DNA of 64,000 bases from Lepidodermella squamata (lineage: Eukaryota > Animalia > Gastrotricha). The notes under the pieces were generated by a model. That model was not told the DNA's origin and did no database searches. It saw only the letters and a list, made by a program, of their open reading frames with translations. Both the position numbers and the translations under genes were made by a program. Every line of letters starts with the position of its first letter. Position 1 is the first letter of the stretch. Below are positions 13,757 to 25,399 of the stretch, in pieces. The DNA lies in contig JBLDXI010000054.1 in assembly GCA_047495785.1 (NCBI GenBank), positions 2,790,001 to 2,854,000 on the forward strand, written 5' to 3'.

Positions 13757-14773
13757 TTAAGGTCGCTTGAGAATAAAATCACGATCTTCCAATTTGTTCT
13801 TTAGCCATTCGGTTGATACTACAACCTTCGAAACAGCGACATACGCGATATATCTAGTTAATTTCGGCTTGAGTGAAACAAACGAAATTAATAGGAATAT
13901 GGCACAGCACGTGAAAATGTAGTCCCAGACGAAGCTGATAACAAAGCCGTCCCATGAATGCCACGTGCCACCCGGGGCGTGCCAGAAGAAGTCGCCCTGC
14001 GGGTTTTTATACATTTTATTCGGAATGGTGTAGACACCCTGCCGCTCGGTTTCGTTAGCTAAATGATATTGAACCGTGACGAAGAGCGGCCCAGTGCCTA
14101 ACATGACAGTCAGGTAAGGAATTAGGAACCAGTGATTCCAAGTTTCCAGCTCTCGGATCAATCTTTCGAAGAAAGGATGCTTCGGTTTCAGTGAGAACAT
14201 CAAATCATTCGAAAATCCGATCGGTTCAGTCTCGGGTAGTAGAACTTCGGCATGCTCATGGGCGTAAAAGCTGTAGAACGACCGAACTGTCCCAACGTCG
14301 AGATCCGCGTAAACTCCGCCGTAATGATACAGCAAAAAGTAGCGAAATGCGTCGATTTGTTGAATTTTATGCGAATAACTGGTGAAAATCGGCAGAAACC
14401 ACGCGTAATTTTCGGCCATAAATGTCACCATATCGAGATCTGTCCAGAAGATGTACGTGCAGTTGACGTTCCATTCGCGTAGGTCATGCATCGTTCCGCC
14501 CCATTCCGGGCGTTTTTCCGTTGTATTCGTCGGGTAAGTCTGGTGGATTAAGCAATTCTGCCAATCCGGGTCGTCTTTAACCGACGTTTTATCAGCCATT
14601 GACGTGTCATTCGGGTGCAGATGGAAATATTTGTAAGCATGACGTTGAAATAAAGCTGTTAGCAATAGCTTCGGAATAGGCCAATAGGAAATGATCGATA
14701 TCGTTATGATAAAAATGACGATGAGATAAACGAGGAAAATTATTTTGCCACGGTGTGCTAATCGACGCGGCAT
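13757..14773 (-). CDS. GT32 (Gly_transf_sug/DxD) glycosyltransferase, SUR1/CSH1-like; intronless
   Basis: 338-aa ORF with an N-terminal TM, IHQT, FWTD, DAFRYFLLYHYGGVYADLD (DxD), SNDLM..HPFF, TGPLF, a distal WH motif and a C-terminal TM. Confidence 0.85.
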   Translation of the reverse strand: MPRRLAHRGKIIFLVYLIVIFIITISIISYWPIPKLLLTALFQRHAYKYFHLHPNDTSMADKTSVKDDPDWQNCLIHQTYPTNTTEKRPEWGGTMHDLREWNVNCTYIFWTDLDMVTFMAENYAWFLPIFTSYSHKIQQIDAFRYFLLYHYGGVYADLDVGTVRSFYSFYAHEHAEVLLPETEPIGFSNDLMFSLKPKHPFFERLIRELETWNHWFLIPYLTVMLGTGPLFVTVQYHLANETERQGVYTIPNKMYKNPQGDFFWHAPGGTWHSWDGFVISFVWDYIFTCCAIFLLISFVSLKPKLTRYIAYVAVSKVVVSTEWLKNKLEDRDFILKRP

Positions 14774-15565
14774 ATTATACGTGCCACAGCCCTAAAAAGT
14801 GAGGAGTGGCTTTCTAAATATAACTGCACCATCGTATAGGTTGTTTTCTGAACGCGCCATTGTCCTATCCTGAAGCACAACCACGTAAACAACCCCAGAA
14901 GAAGAGCACGCAATCATGTACGCAGTTCCAGGTTATGATTGCGTTCATTGTAATGAGTAGGACGCACCCTAGTGCTTATAAATGGCTTCACTGTAGCGAG
15001 GTGCAACTTTAGAAAATGCCAGTTTTCACATGTTTTCAAGGTTAAAAATCGGCTCTAGCTCAAACAAATTTGAAATTTAAAATGAAGGTTGGCAAGGTGA
15101 CTCTTGATTTGTTTGTAAATTTGGCGAATTTTACAATGTTTACCTGATTTTTTGGCAATTCAAAAAGGCTTTGACACAATTTTGGGCAATTAGCGTTTGA
15201 TTTTTTATAGCGCTCATTTTTTATTTGCGACGACTTGGTGAGTTTTAAGATTATTTCTCTTATCGAATTATCAATGCCGATTTGTATTCCAATAATATGA
15301 TCATTAACAAGTACCAACAGACTGATTGAAAGAATTTCTGAAATTTTTGATTTTCGCTCCAGCTGCCTCGAGTTTGATGTCAAATAAAAGCAGACCAAAC
15401 GGAGAATTTTTAGCCAAAACCTCCATGTCTTTACTGTTCGAGGCTGACAAGTTAATCATCCAAAAAGTGTGAATTTTGAATAATAATATTTGCAAAAAAA
15501 AATTAAGACAGATTTTTTCTTTATCACGATTTATTTTTTATATTCAGATAAATTCTCTCTTTTTA

Positions 15566-16698
15566 TTATTGGTCAATTATTTTTTCGAAAACACAACAAG
15601 TCACCGTGCGACCTTCACGGCTGCCGAAGCGGAACGAAGGCGTAGGCAATTCAATGACAAATCGCCATTTGTTTTTCACGCACCACGCTTCAATGAGTTC
15701 CTTTGTCGTCCAATTACACGAAGCTAGGATCAATTTTTCTGTCACGCAATCACTGACATTATCAATAAAGTTAGCCACCCGCTGCTTGTGAGCCTCCACG
15801 TCGCTTTCATCCGGCGGCCGTAGTGTTATAGCGTCGTAAGTTCCAACATCGACGCCCAAATCATACGGCTGCATTTTGGCACTTGGAACGCACAAATCGG
15901 CGCAGAAAAGTGAACGAATTGCTGAGGACCAGTTGGGCTTGCTGGCGGCGGATTTTTTCGCCAATTCTATCGCCGTTTCGGAATAGTCAACACCGTGTAG
16001 ATTCGTAAAACCGAGATCAGCCTAAAAATTTGAAACAAATTAACAGCTTAGAATTTTGAATATATTTTGAAATTTTGAAATATATCGAAAAAATATTTGA
16101 AAATATGGGAAATTATCCTAATTTTAGCGAGATTTTTCGAATTTTATTTGCGATTTTATTTATCATTTTGCGTGAAAACTAATTTTATTTTTTAGTTGTT
16201 AGTTGAAAAGTTTTTAGAAAAAGGGTGTCGAGATAAGCCCAATAGTGAGATCTATTATTTTAGGCATTATAATGAAATGGCGTTAGACTTGAAGAGCCAT
16301 TCGGGAAAATTTGGTGCTACAGCCCCATAACGGATAATAATTCGAAAAATAATTTCACGTAAAATTCTGATTATTTTACTAACGAGTTCCCGAAGCAATG
16401 CGCCATTTCCAGTGCCAATATCGATGAGTGATTTGCTCTTGTCAGCATTTTCCGACAAATATTTAGTCACAGTCCGAACAATACGCCGATCAAACCAACA
16501 TTCATTACCAACATCCACCTGTTGATGGGTCGACTCAGCTTCGATAAACCCACTCAGCTCTCTGCCATAATGTTTATCCCAGCTGTGATTGAAAAAAATG
16601 AAATAAAAAATCTGAAGTTCACAATATTTTCAAGCATACAATTCTTTGGTCCCCAATACTGAAGGCTCGATTTCATCTTCATTTTCACTCCCTGACAT
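15566..16698 (-). CDS. EEF1AKMT2: eEF1A lysine methyltransferase 2 (METTL10)
   Basis: Spliced product reads PSVLGTKEFWDKHYGREL..ECWF..DIGTGNGALL..GVDYSETAIELA..DVGTYDAITL..SCNWT..PSFRFG. ATG at 16698. Confidence 0.9.
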
Positions 16699-17043
16699 AT
16701 TATATTATTTAAAAAGTACCCTATATTTCGTGTCAAATATTTGGCAATTTTTATTTTAAATTTGCTTGTAGAAGCGCAACAAAACAGAACCGTGCTCAAA
16801 AACAACCCATGCAAATATAATAGAAGACTCGAATCTAGTGGCTATCGATGAGATTCACGCGTCGAAAAACTTTAGTCTGGTTCTATCACAGAATGTAATG
16901 AAAAAAATTAACTGCTGCAGCAGTCTATATAATTTCTCACAAATAAACGCGGTAAAAAGTGTTGTTTTCTAAATAATTCATTCGGAAGACCGGCAGAAAC
17001 AAACGCAGTGCATACAAAATTCCGTTCAGATTTTTCGTTCACA

Positions 17044-17439
17044 TCAATGTTTAAATCCGTTCGATTGCTGCTTATTCTTGTTACGCTTACGAGCCCGGTT
17101 AGAATACGACGATTTGTCATGTTCACCCTCAGATCCTTTCTCGTTTTCCTGATCGGACGAGTTCAATTTTTGATTCGCACGAGACGATTCGCCGCTGTTG
17201 CGCCGCTTTTGATTTTGCCCGTCTGATTTTTCGTCACTGTCAGTTTTCGCGCTAGGAGGCAGGACGAAGGCTGCGATGATGCAAACGAGTTGAAAAACCG
17301 CACCGAGAGCTATTCCGGCCTGAACAGCGTATTCATACCAGCGCATCGCCGTGTCGCTGTCTTTGAAATCGCGCTCATACACATATTTAGCAGGGTAATC
17401 GTCCAGATAATTCGGATTATCCGGCTCGAATGGGTCCAT
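17044..17439 (-). CDS. MANBAL: MANBAL/UPF0239-like small single-pass membrane protein
   Basis: GIALGAVFQLVCIIA matches the UPF0239 GLFLGAIFQLICVLA motif, followed by a basic C-terminal tail. Confidence 0.7.
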   Translation of the reverse strand: MDPFEPDNPNYLDDYPAKYVYERDFKDSDTAMRWYEYAVQAGIALGAVFQLVCIIAAFVLPPSAKTDSDEKSDGQNQKRRNSGESSRANQKLNSSDQENEKGSEGEHDKSSYSNRARKRNKNKQQSNGFKH

Positions 17440-17569
17440 TTTAAAAATAAATCTACAAAAAAAACAGTCAATAAATTAATTAAACGGCAGTTTATTGCAA
17501 GAAGAAGTACGAAAGTGTGCAGAATTTTTATTTTTTTTTCCCCGACAAAAAGAATCACAGATATTAATT

Positions 17570-18943
17570 TCACGAGGATTTAGCGGCGGTTAATTTTTCG
17601 AGAAGCTTCTTCAAATCGCTATCCAGAAACAACGCAACAGTCGAGTAGCGATTAACACGTGGTAGGTATTTGAAAAATTTCACCGTCGTATCGTCGAGAT
17701 CCCGTCCAGAAAAACACTCTACAATATCGCTCAGCATTGTAGATTCTAGAGATAGCCCGAAAAATTCCGGTAAGCGCTCCGAGTCGATTTTTCGAAGATA
17801 GCTGTACAAAGTTTCGCGATTCGATCGAATTGCACGAAGGTCGTTTTGAAATTGAAATGCAGTATTTGGAGGTTCGGGTACCGAGACCCAAGATTCGGGA
17901 ATAGGGGCGTAGACAAATCTCGGCGCTTGATTCCGCGTGTCACCAGCTTCGTCCGCTTTCCCCAGCTCTTTTACAGGCGATGTCGATTTCCATAAATGAG
18001 TCAAGTGCGCAACCTCTCGAATTGGAACTTGACTCAATTTATCGTCATCGCTCAAATCGCCGCCTTTCCAGTTTTTCACTGGCATAATGCCGAAATCTGG
18101 TGCGGATTCTGCCGGAATCGGGAACCAGTCTGGAATTTTTGATAGTGCCTCCTGCTCCACCATCAATTCAACAGCTTTAGAAATGCGAGTTTGCTCCGCT
18201 AATCTCTCAATTTCTTGCCTCGCTAATTTGTTGTTCGGCTCTAGATTCAGCACCGATTCGAAATCATCTTGAGCCTCTTCGAGTTTTCCCAGTCCAACAC
18301 GGGCAGTCGCTCGACGGAACAGGGCTTTAGTATTGCGCGGCTCAGAGTTTAGCGCCATTGTACAATCAGACTCGGCCTGTTCGAATTTGTCAAGTTTCAG
18401 ATAACAAATAGCTCGGTTCGATAGGAAAGTCGCGTTTCGGGGTTGGATTTTGATAGCTGCCGAATAGCATTCGATCGCCTCTTCATATTTCTTTTGACCA
18501 AACAGCTCATTGCCCTTCTCTTTATGCGCGATAGCTTCCTTTTCACGCTTCGGATCAGGGGTTGCGTCCTCTTCTTCGGAAGAAGATGACTTGAGAGCAG
18601 CATCGACGTCGAATTTATCCCAAGCTCGATAATCGTACGAACTTAGTTTCTTTTTCCCGGTACCATTCGACCCATTTTGCGCGACGTTTTCCTTCTTCTT
18701 CTCCTTGCTTTTGGAAGAAGGATTGCGAACTGGGGCAGCAGCTTGAGCCTGCTAAGAAGCAATCATAAGGTAACATAATTTAGATAGGAAATATGTAACC
18801 TTATCCACAGGTTGACCAAGCAGCTCCGCTTCTTTAGTCTTTATGTCTTTGGTCCAGTCATCAAGGTCTTTCAAATAGTCACCCAAGTCTTGCTGGTTTT
18901 GCTTCATTTGAATTTGAAGCTCAGCAAATCGGCTCGGATCCAT
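17570..18943 (-). CDS. RPAP3: RNA polymerase II-associated protein 3 (R2TP co-chaperone)
   Basis: Exons 18943-18800 and 18751-17570 (48-nt intron). ELQIQMKQNQQDLGDYLKDLDDW N-terminus, YDYRAWDKFDVD, a TPR clamp (KEKGNELF..SNRA..KALFRRA) and the RPAP3_C domain (PPNTAFQFQNDLR..LPEFFGLSLE). Confidence 0.9.
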
Positions 18944-19050
18944 TATGTAAGCGATAAAAGCCTAATAAAAGTCGGGAGATGCTTGTAATTAAATTTTACG
19001 AAATCACACCAATGTTTTGAAGACATAAATATTCAATGGAAAGAGCGACG

Positions 19051-19680
19051 TTAGCAAGGACTAGTTGTCGAGAGCAAAGTTGAGACGGCATTGTCAAACT
19101 GCCTATACAAGACCGGAATAATAAGATTAAAAATCACTTACAAGCGCTGAATACTTACTTCGAGGTTATTCGCTCACCACAGTTATAAAATGGATTGTAT
19201 AGCACCGAAACATATGCATTGTGGAGAAATCGAAACATCTATGATACCAACGCGAATGAATGGCAGCTATGCCGAATTATATGTAGCTTACGTTTTTCAC
19301 TTCATTGTCTCTTAGAACAGAATTAACAGCATCCACGACGACAACGAACTTGACGCCGCCATTAGTCACATAACCATAACTAGGTTATAAAAATGGGCAC
19401 TTGAATAGGGGCAGATAGTGAAATGAACTAACATTTTATACTCCTCGCACGGATATAGAGTACCCAGGTAGAGGTCTTGCATTTCCTTCTTTACTGTGAG
19501 CTTTGATTCAACAACATCCAATGAGGAGTGAACCATAAACTGAAACTGCAGTTGATCGGTAATCCCATCAGCACAGCGGAAATACAGAGGGTAATTCTGA
19601 ATATGAATGAATATTAGAAGGCGCAATTAATTAAAAACGCTGATTACCTCATTGGAAATAACAGCGACACAAGTAGCCAT
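19051..19680 (-). CDS. TRAPPC2L: TRAPP complex subunit 2-like (sedlin family)
   Basis: Five short exons join to [73 protein letters not shown]..NPFY. Confidence 0.9.
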
Positions 19681-20186
19681 TTATTAATGTAATATCCTAA
19701 CGAACTAACAAAGTATTTGGATGCAAAGTAGATCCATGATACAAAACGAACAGTAAATGGTAGTTCACATTTACCCCATGTTCTACATCCTACATCGTTG
19801 TCATGGAGCTCACCGTTTTCGATTTCGTGGGCAAAGAGTAGAGCTTGCCTTCTGAGACGGAGAAGGGAGAAGTCCTGAGAGGTCCAGAGGTCGGCTAATC
19901 TCTCAAAAGGAAGCCCTTCTCAGAGGGCAGTTTCACGAATTAGGAGCCCCGTTGTGCTTAAACAAGCTCAGCTCCCAGCTTCAAGTAAGTTAGTCAAGTG
20001 AACAAGGCTAGAACTTTCTCGTGCCGGCGCGAGCGACAGTCTCGAGGAGTCGTTTGGGACAAGATTTTGAAAGAAATCACCGCGAAGGCGAATGATTAAA
20101 AATGTGAAAATCATTTTTATTTCTAAGAAATTGCAAAATTTATTTGAAATTTTGTTCAATTCTTAATCGAAATTCATGAAAATTAC

Positions 20187-20199
20187 GTTGCTAGGTTAC
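20187..20199 (+). promoter_or_regulatory. Candidate RFX X-box upstream of TTLL9
   Basis: GTTGCTAGGTTAC lies ~105 nt before the TTLL9 ATG and is close to the X-box GTTGCTAGGCAAC type. It overlaps an AG acceptor-like site. Confidence 0.35.
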
Positions 20200-20304
20200 A
20201 GCTTGCGAATGGGCGCTCATTGATGGCATCTTCTTGCAACGATGTTTTGCGGCTTTCACGCAATAATTCTTTGACTACTTTCTTTGCTATCTGATTACAT
20301 TGAA

Positions 20305-21936
20305 ATGAATAAACAAGCTAGCTACATGCAGCCCACTGCTGCGAAACGTGGAAGTGAAGTCAAAGACCTCAGCAAAACAGTCGCAAAACGCCCTGGTATC
20401 ACAGATCGGCCTGTGCGATTTCGATGCTTCTTGGCGAATACTATTTATGACGTCCTCAAAAATCGCGGATGGCAAGAAGTGAGTGAAGGATCGAATGATT
20501 GGGACTTCTACTGGTGCGATGTTGGCAGCGTCAAAGACAACTTTGATCACATGTACCTTCAAGAGCACATGCGAATCAATCACTTTCGTAATCACTACGA
20601 GCTGACCAAGAAAAATTTAATGATTAAGAATCTAAGGAGAATGAAGAAACAGATAGAGCGAGAGAATGGGAAAGGTGCTGGAGCGACTGCTTCTTCTGCT
20701 GCTAATACAAACCAAGCTGTGAACTCGGTCGAAAGCAACGTTCTGTCCGACGGTGGTTGGGATTTTTTCCCAACATCTTACGAGTTACCGTCGGAATATC
20801 ACATGTTTGTGGAAGAATTTAAACGTGCACCTTCCGGGACTGTCTGGATCATGAAACCAGCTGGTCGTGCTCAAGGCAAAGGGATATTTTTATTCCGTCA
20901 GCTAAAACAAATTATCGATTGGAAAAGAGTTGCGACTTCAGGCTCAGGAATGCTGAACAGTGCTCTTGCGGGTGGAGGTAATGCTTCAGGAGGCGCAGCT
21001 GATAACAGCAATCCATCTGGTATGACAGTGTCTGGCTCCGGAGCTGATCAAGCTATCGAAACTTACGTTGTTCAGAGATACATTGACAACCCTTATTTAT
21101 TAAATGGTCGCAAATTTGATCTCAGGGTTTACTGCCTCGTTACATCATACAACCCGCTCAGAGTATGGGTTTATCGCGAAGGCTTTGCCCGTCTGACCAA
21201 TACAAGATTCACCTTAGACTCACTGGATGACACTTATGTTCATTTAACAAATGTAGCAGTACAAAAAACTGCGCCGGATTACGACCCGGATAAAGGTGCT
21301 AAATGGTCCGTCCAACGGTTAAGAGAATACCTCACTGCAAAACATGGTTGGCTGGCTGTTCGAGAGTTGCTTCGGCTAATCGATTGCATATTTCTTCGCA
21401 GCCTCTTATCTGTGCAAAAGCTTATGATTCAAGACAAGCATTGCTTCGAACTTTATGGCTACGATATTCTGATCGATGACACACTCAAGCCGTGGCTCCT
21501 AGAAATTAACGCTTCACCGTCTTTGACAGCGAGCAGCCGAGATGATTACGAATTGAAATGCCGTTTGTTAGATGACATGGTCAGTGTGATCGACATGGAA
21601 GGAAGGCTCACTGGGAAAGAAAAACGAGTTGGAGGCTTCGATCTCATACATGACGAGCGGGGCATTGTAACGTTAGATGAAGTTGGAATTGACGTGTCGC
21701 CTCAATCCAAGTACAACATTAATTCTTTCTTGGGCGGCGATTGTTCGGATAGGCGAGTTTTGCTGCGCCGCATCTACCGAGAATCCCGCATGGCTCAAAT
21801 GCGATCAGCGACGGGTACAACACCGCCCAATAACACTTCTTCAGGTGGCGTAACAACTGGACCAGCACCATCAACTACCTCATCAAATAACAACAGCGAT
21901 AAAGTTCAGCTATCAATGACTGTTTCCTCACCATGA
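20305..21936 (+). CDS. TTLL9: Tubulin polyglutamylase TTLL9; intronless
   Basis: [86 protein letters not shown]. First ATG at 20305. Confidence 0.93.
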   Translation: MNKQASYMQPTAAKRGSEVKDLSKTVAKRPGITDRPVRFRCFLANTIYDVLKNRGWQEVSEGSNDWDFYWCDVGSVKDNFDHMYLQEHMRINHFRNHYELTKKNLMIKNLRRMKKQIERENGKGAGATASSAANTNQAVNSVESNVLSDGGWDFFPTSYELPSEYHMFVEEFKRAPSGTVWIMKPAGRAQGKGIFLFRQLKQIIDWKRVATSGSGMLNSALAGGGNASGGAADNSNPSGMTVSGSGADQAIETYVVQRYIDNPYLLNGRKFDLRVYCLVTSYNPLRVWVYREGFARLTNTRFTLDSLDDTYVHLTNVAVQKTAPDYDPDKGAKWSVQRLREYLTAKHGWLAVRELLRLIDCIFLRSLLSVQKLMIQDKHCFELYGYDILIDDTLKPWLLEINASPSLTASSRDDYELKCRLLDDMVSVIDMEGRLTGKEKRVGGFDLIHDERGIVTLDEVGIDVSPQSKYNINSFLGGDCSDRRVLLRRIYRESRMAQMRSATGTTPPNNTSSGGVTTGPAPSTTSSNNNSDKVQLSMTVSSP

Positions 21937-22028
21937 ATTTGCAATAATTTATAGCACCAATAAAGCACATGTCTTTTCAATGCAAAATTAATATTTACCT
22001 ATTTGTGAAATTTAGATTTTGTTTTATA

Positions 22029-23545
22029 ATGTCCCGTCAACAAATGCAGAACAGCAGTTCTAACCCAACTTTGGCCGCTCCATTGGCACCCTACGCATTG
22101 CACTACGATTTGCCTCACATGCGTCAGAGGCGAGGAAACAGGGACCGCAGAACAAACTTCGGAATTCCTCTACCACCCCGTGTTACTCCCTCGCCAATAA
22201 TGATCGAACAAAGCGATAATAATTTACCCTACGTTCAGCCGACCCCAAGGCAAGACCACGTTCAAATCATCACGCCGCGATACGATACCGCAGTTGTGCC
22301 GCTCCCTCAACAAGCCGGTGATAGCGGCTTGGAAAATCGACTTTCGATGCAAGACCGTAATATTGAGATGTTATTAGATCGCGCTGTTAGAATTAAGGAG
22401 GATCTCGTCGGTAATTTTAAAAGTGGCTCAGAAATTAATTTTTGAAATTTCTCAATTTAGCCGCTTTGGGCAGAACAAATGCCGGCCTTCAAGAGGAAAG
22501 ATTCGCGAGGGAGCTTTTACAGCAGCACGTTAACGTAATGGTGCTTCTGTGTCAAAAACTCTCGCAACAAGTCGAGGTAAATAAGTTTATAAATTAGAAT
22601 CATTACTGAAATTAACAAAAAATATAATTTTTGCTACCAGAGTTTTAAACAGAGGTTTGTTATGATTAGTCATATTTTATTTTATTTTATGTTAGCCTGA
22701 ATCTTTCGATTTTTTATGAATTGCTAATTTTTAATTTTTTTTTCTAGTTTTTATGGTACGAGCTCAATCATCGCGATACCGGTTCCAGTGCTGCGATTTC
22801 CAACCTGAGGCAATTAGAGTTAGCCCATGTTCAAAATATTTCAGACGTCAAAGGGAAAGCAGATAATCTCGAGCTGTCCCTAACACACATGGGTAGAGAT
22901 TTAAGAGCTCTCGCAGACCGGGGTCGATATACCGAAAAGCAATGGGAAGGTTTGATGCAACAACATCTGGAGCGGTATTTCGGCCTGGACGGTAAATTAT
23001 CGACTCTTTCGACGAAAATGGACGGAAATTTCAATGAAGTAATGCTTCACCTTCGCGGCGTTGAAAAGGACGTTGAAAGTCGTTTCTCAGCCTATGACGG
23101 GCAAATGCGCGCTTCGTTAGAAAATATGCGAGGCGAGCTGGCCGCTGCTAAATTATCGATGCAAAATCAACTCGATCAGATGGATCAAGTCTACCAGCAA
23201 GCGTTAACTCGGCAACAAGCTGAATTCACCCTCCGCATTAAAGAACTCGAGAAAAACGCGTTTGAAGCTATCACGTTAAGCGGCCGTCAGGCGGCTGAAG
23301 TTCAACGCCGAGTTCTTGTACTTGAAAATCGTTTGAAAACCTTGGAACAAGTCGTAGCCGATCAGGTGATAAATGTTATCGAGCCGAGGTTCGCTGAAAT
23401 GAAGGATGAAATGCAGCGAATGTTCCGAGACGTGCGAGATGCGATCGACAACTTGGAGCATGTTCAAGATGGCAAGATGAAACTGCTTGAAGACCGCATC
23501 GCTAGAGATGTCAGCGAACTGCGGAAATTTGTAGTTCTCGTCTAA
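22029..23545 (+). CDS. FAM81: FAM81-family coiled-coil protein
   Basis: Exons 22029-22410, 22461-22576, 22748-23545. LENRLSMQDRNIEMLLDRAVRIKEDLV resembles the FAM81 motif LEDRI..LVEHAFRIKDDIV, followed by a long coiled coil. Confidence 0.7.
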
Positions 23546-23761
23546 AAAAAGAACTATACCCTACTTCCATTTGTAATTATTGATAATTTTACGTAAAAAG
23601 CGACCATAATAATATCATCTTTCAGCCAAATTTTTCAAGGTTGGAGGGTTTCGCTTACAAACTTGAGCTTCCATTATTGATGAAATATACTGCTGTTACT
23701 CATATTTCAACTTATTTCCATGGGTGTGCCACCTTAAATTTAGGGTTTCAGCACAATCAGA

Positions 23762-23833
23762 GCCAATATCGATTTCAAGTATCGATTTTACGAATCAGTG
23801 ATTTTTCCGATATCGGCAGCTTATGTAGTCAAC
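23762..23833 (-). repeat. Dispersed ~72-bp repeat, copy B
   Basis: The reverse complement gttgactacataagctgccgatatcggaaaaatcactgattcgtaaaatcgatacttgaaatcgatattggc closely matches 12291-12362. Confidence 0.75.
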
Positions 23834-24815
23834 ATCGAAAATTTGTCTACATACCTTAGACCAAAATTAAAAATCCTAACCAAGAAAGAATCATTTTGAA
23901 ATCTGTAATTTTTTGTGCTGGAATCCTAAATTTATGGTGGTTGACCCATTTTTTCTTCCATGATTTCGCACCTGTGTTTTTGAGAAATGACTTTGTTGTC
24001 ACCCGAGAGAAAAAACATGATTTATATCGCTTTATGAGGTGAAATAAAGTGCAACTATTTTTTTAATTTGCATATTTGTTGCAGCTCTGTAATAAAGATT
24101 CGAGCTGATGATCGCAGCAGTCTGGCGGAAGGGCGAGGCTGTATCTAATCGTTTATTATATTTATTGACTTTCATAATGTCGGTAAATACAGACTGAGTT
24201 ATCAAGAGACAGATCGCGTCCATTTCGCATGACTTGCGCGTGTGCTCTGATTTGAGGTCGCGCAGAAAATGAAACATATAGTACACAATGTGATTTGACG
24301 CACCGGAAAGCATTACGACGATACATGTATCCATGTCGCAAAATATTTGCTGTACATCATGACCACTGCCATTATTAGGGACCAACACATTCGTTGGTCT
24401 CCTAAGGCTGCGTGTGTCTGTCTCCTGTTGTTGCTATTTGTACTCAACAAAACGCATTATACACATTTGTGCGGCGCGCTTAGTGGCAGCGACGCGTATC
24501 ATCCCTCGGAGGGTGACCGGAGTCGATGATGTTGATGATGCAGTTGCAATATTTGTTACTAATAATAACAATATATAAATCGCTTTCCATACAACACACG
24601 CCATCGCTTCCTCATCGCCCTGGATCACTGCTGTCTCATGTTGTGATAATGAAGCGATGTATCGCGCCTCTTTCGTACTATTGTTATTAGGACTACTACT
24701 GATGAGTTAGCGCACACGCGGCCGCTTTTTCCATCTTTTGCATCCTACATTACGCCAAACCGCAGGTATACATTTATAACAGTTTTTCGCCGCACCTTTC
24801 CTACCGAACTGCGAA

Positions 24816-25399
24816 ATGAAATGCACCCTATTCAGCCTTCTACTCACCCTGTTTAATGTCCGGGAAGCACGTAAGTAACTAAGGAATTTACACGGAAAAT
24901 AAATTCCACTTTGATATTTTTTCAGTTACTATCATGTGCAACACCTGTTGCGGGTGCGATGGGCAGCGTTCTGTTGCCTGTTCGACATACGGAATGACCG
25001 AATTCGGTACCGCAATCAATACAGAAGACATTGGCCGGCAAGTGGTGTGCCCATCCTTATCCGATATATGCATGGTTTGCGATTTTGAGCGCTTAGATTT
25101 TCAATATACAGCAGAATTCATTTTCTTAGACTGTCAACTATTACGACACGTTAAATCAACAAGTTTTCCTCATGAAGAAGTGCATGAGCCGGGAGCAGTG
25201 CATCGCGCTGAAATCAGCCGAGGGACAATTCCTGCATTTTTACACCCTCGGCCCGGGCATTTACGGCCAGGTTAAATACGTCAATTGTTGCCAATACGAC
25301 GGTTGCAATAACGAATCGATGAGCAGCGGAACCGTGCTCATTCCATCTTCTATGTTTGCCATTTTAATCAGTGGATTATTCTTGTTATCTGCGTTTTAA
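24816..25399 (+). CDS. Ly6/uPAR three-finger GPI-anchored protein (quiver-like)
   Basis: Exons 24816-24870, 24925-25074, 25130-25399. Signal peptide, CxxC start, CCQYDGCN terminal motif and a hydrophobic GPI signal. Confidence 0.85.

Noticed and set aside
19800-20060. Possible RNase P/MRP or telomerase RNA (GAGAAGTCCTGAG, ACGGGGCTC, GAG-TAGAG-CTT motifs)
   Set aside because: The CR-I-like and CR-V-like motifs lie on opposite strands or at the wrong distance, and there is no telomeric template. Kept only as an unassigned hairpin.
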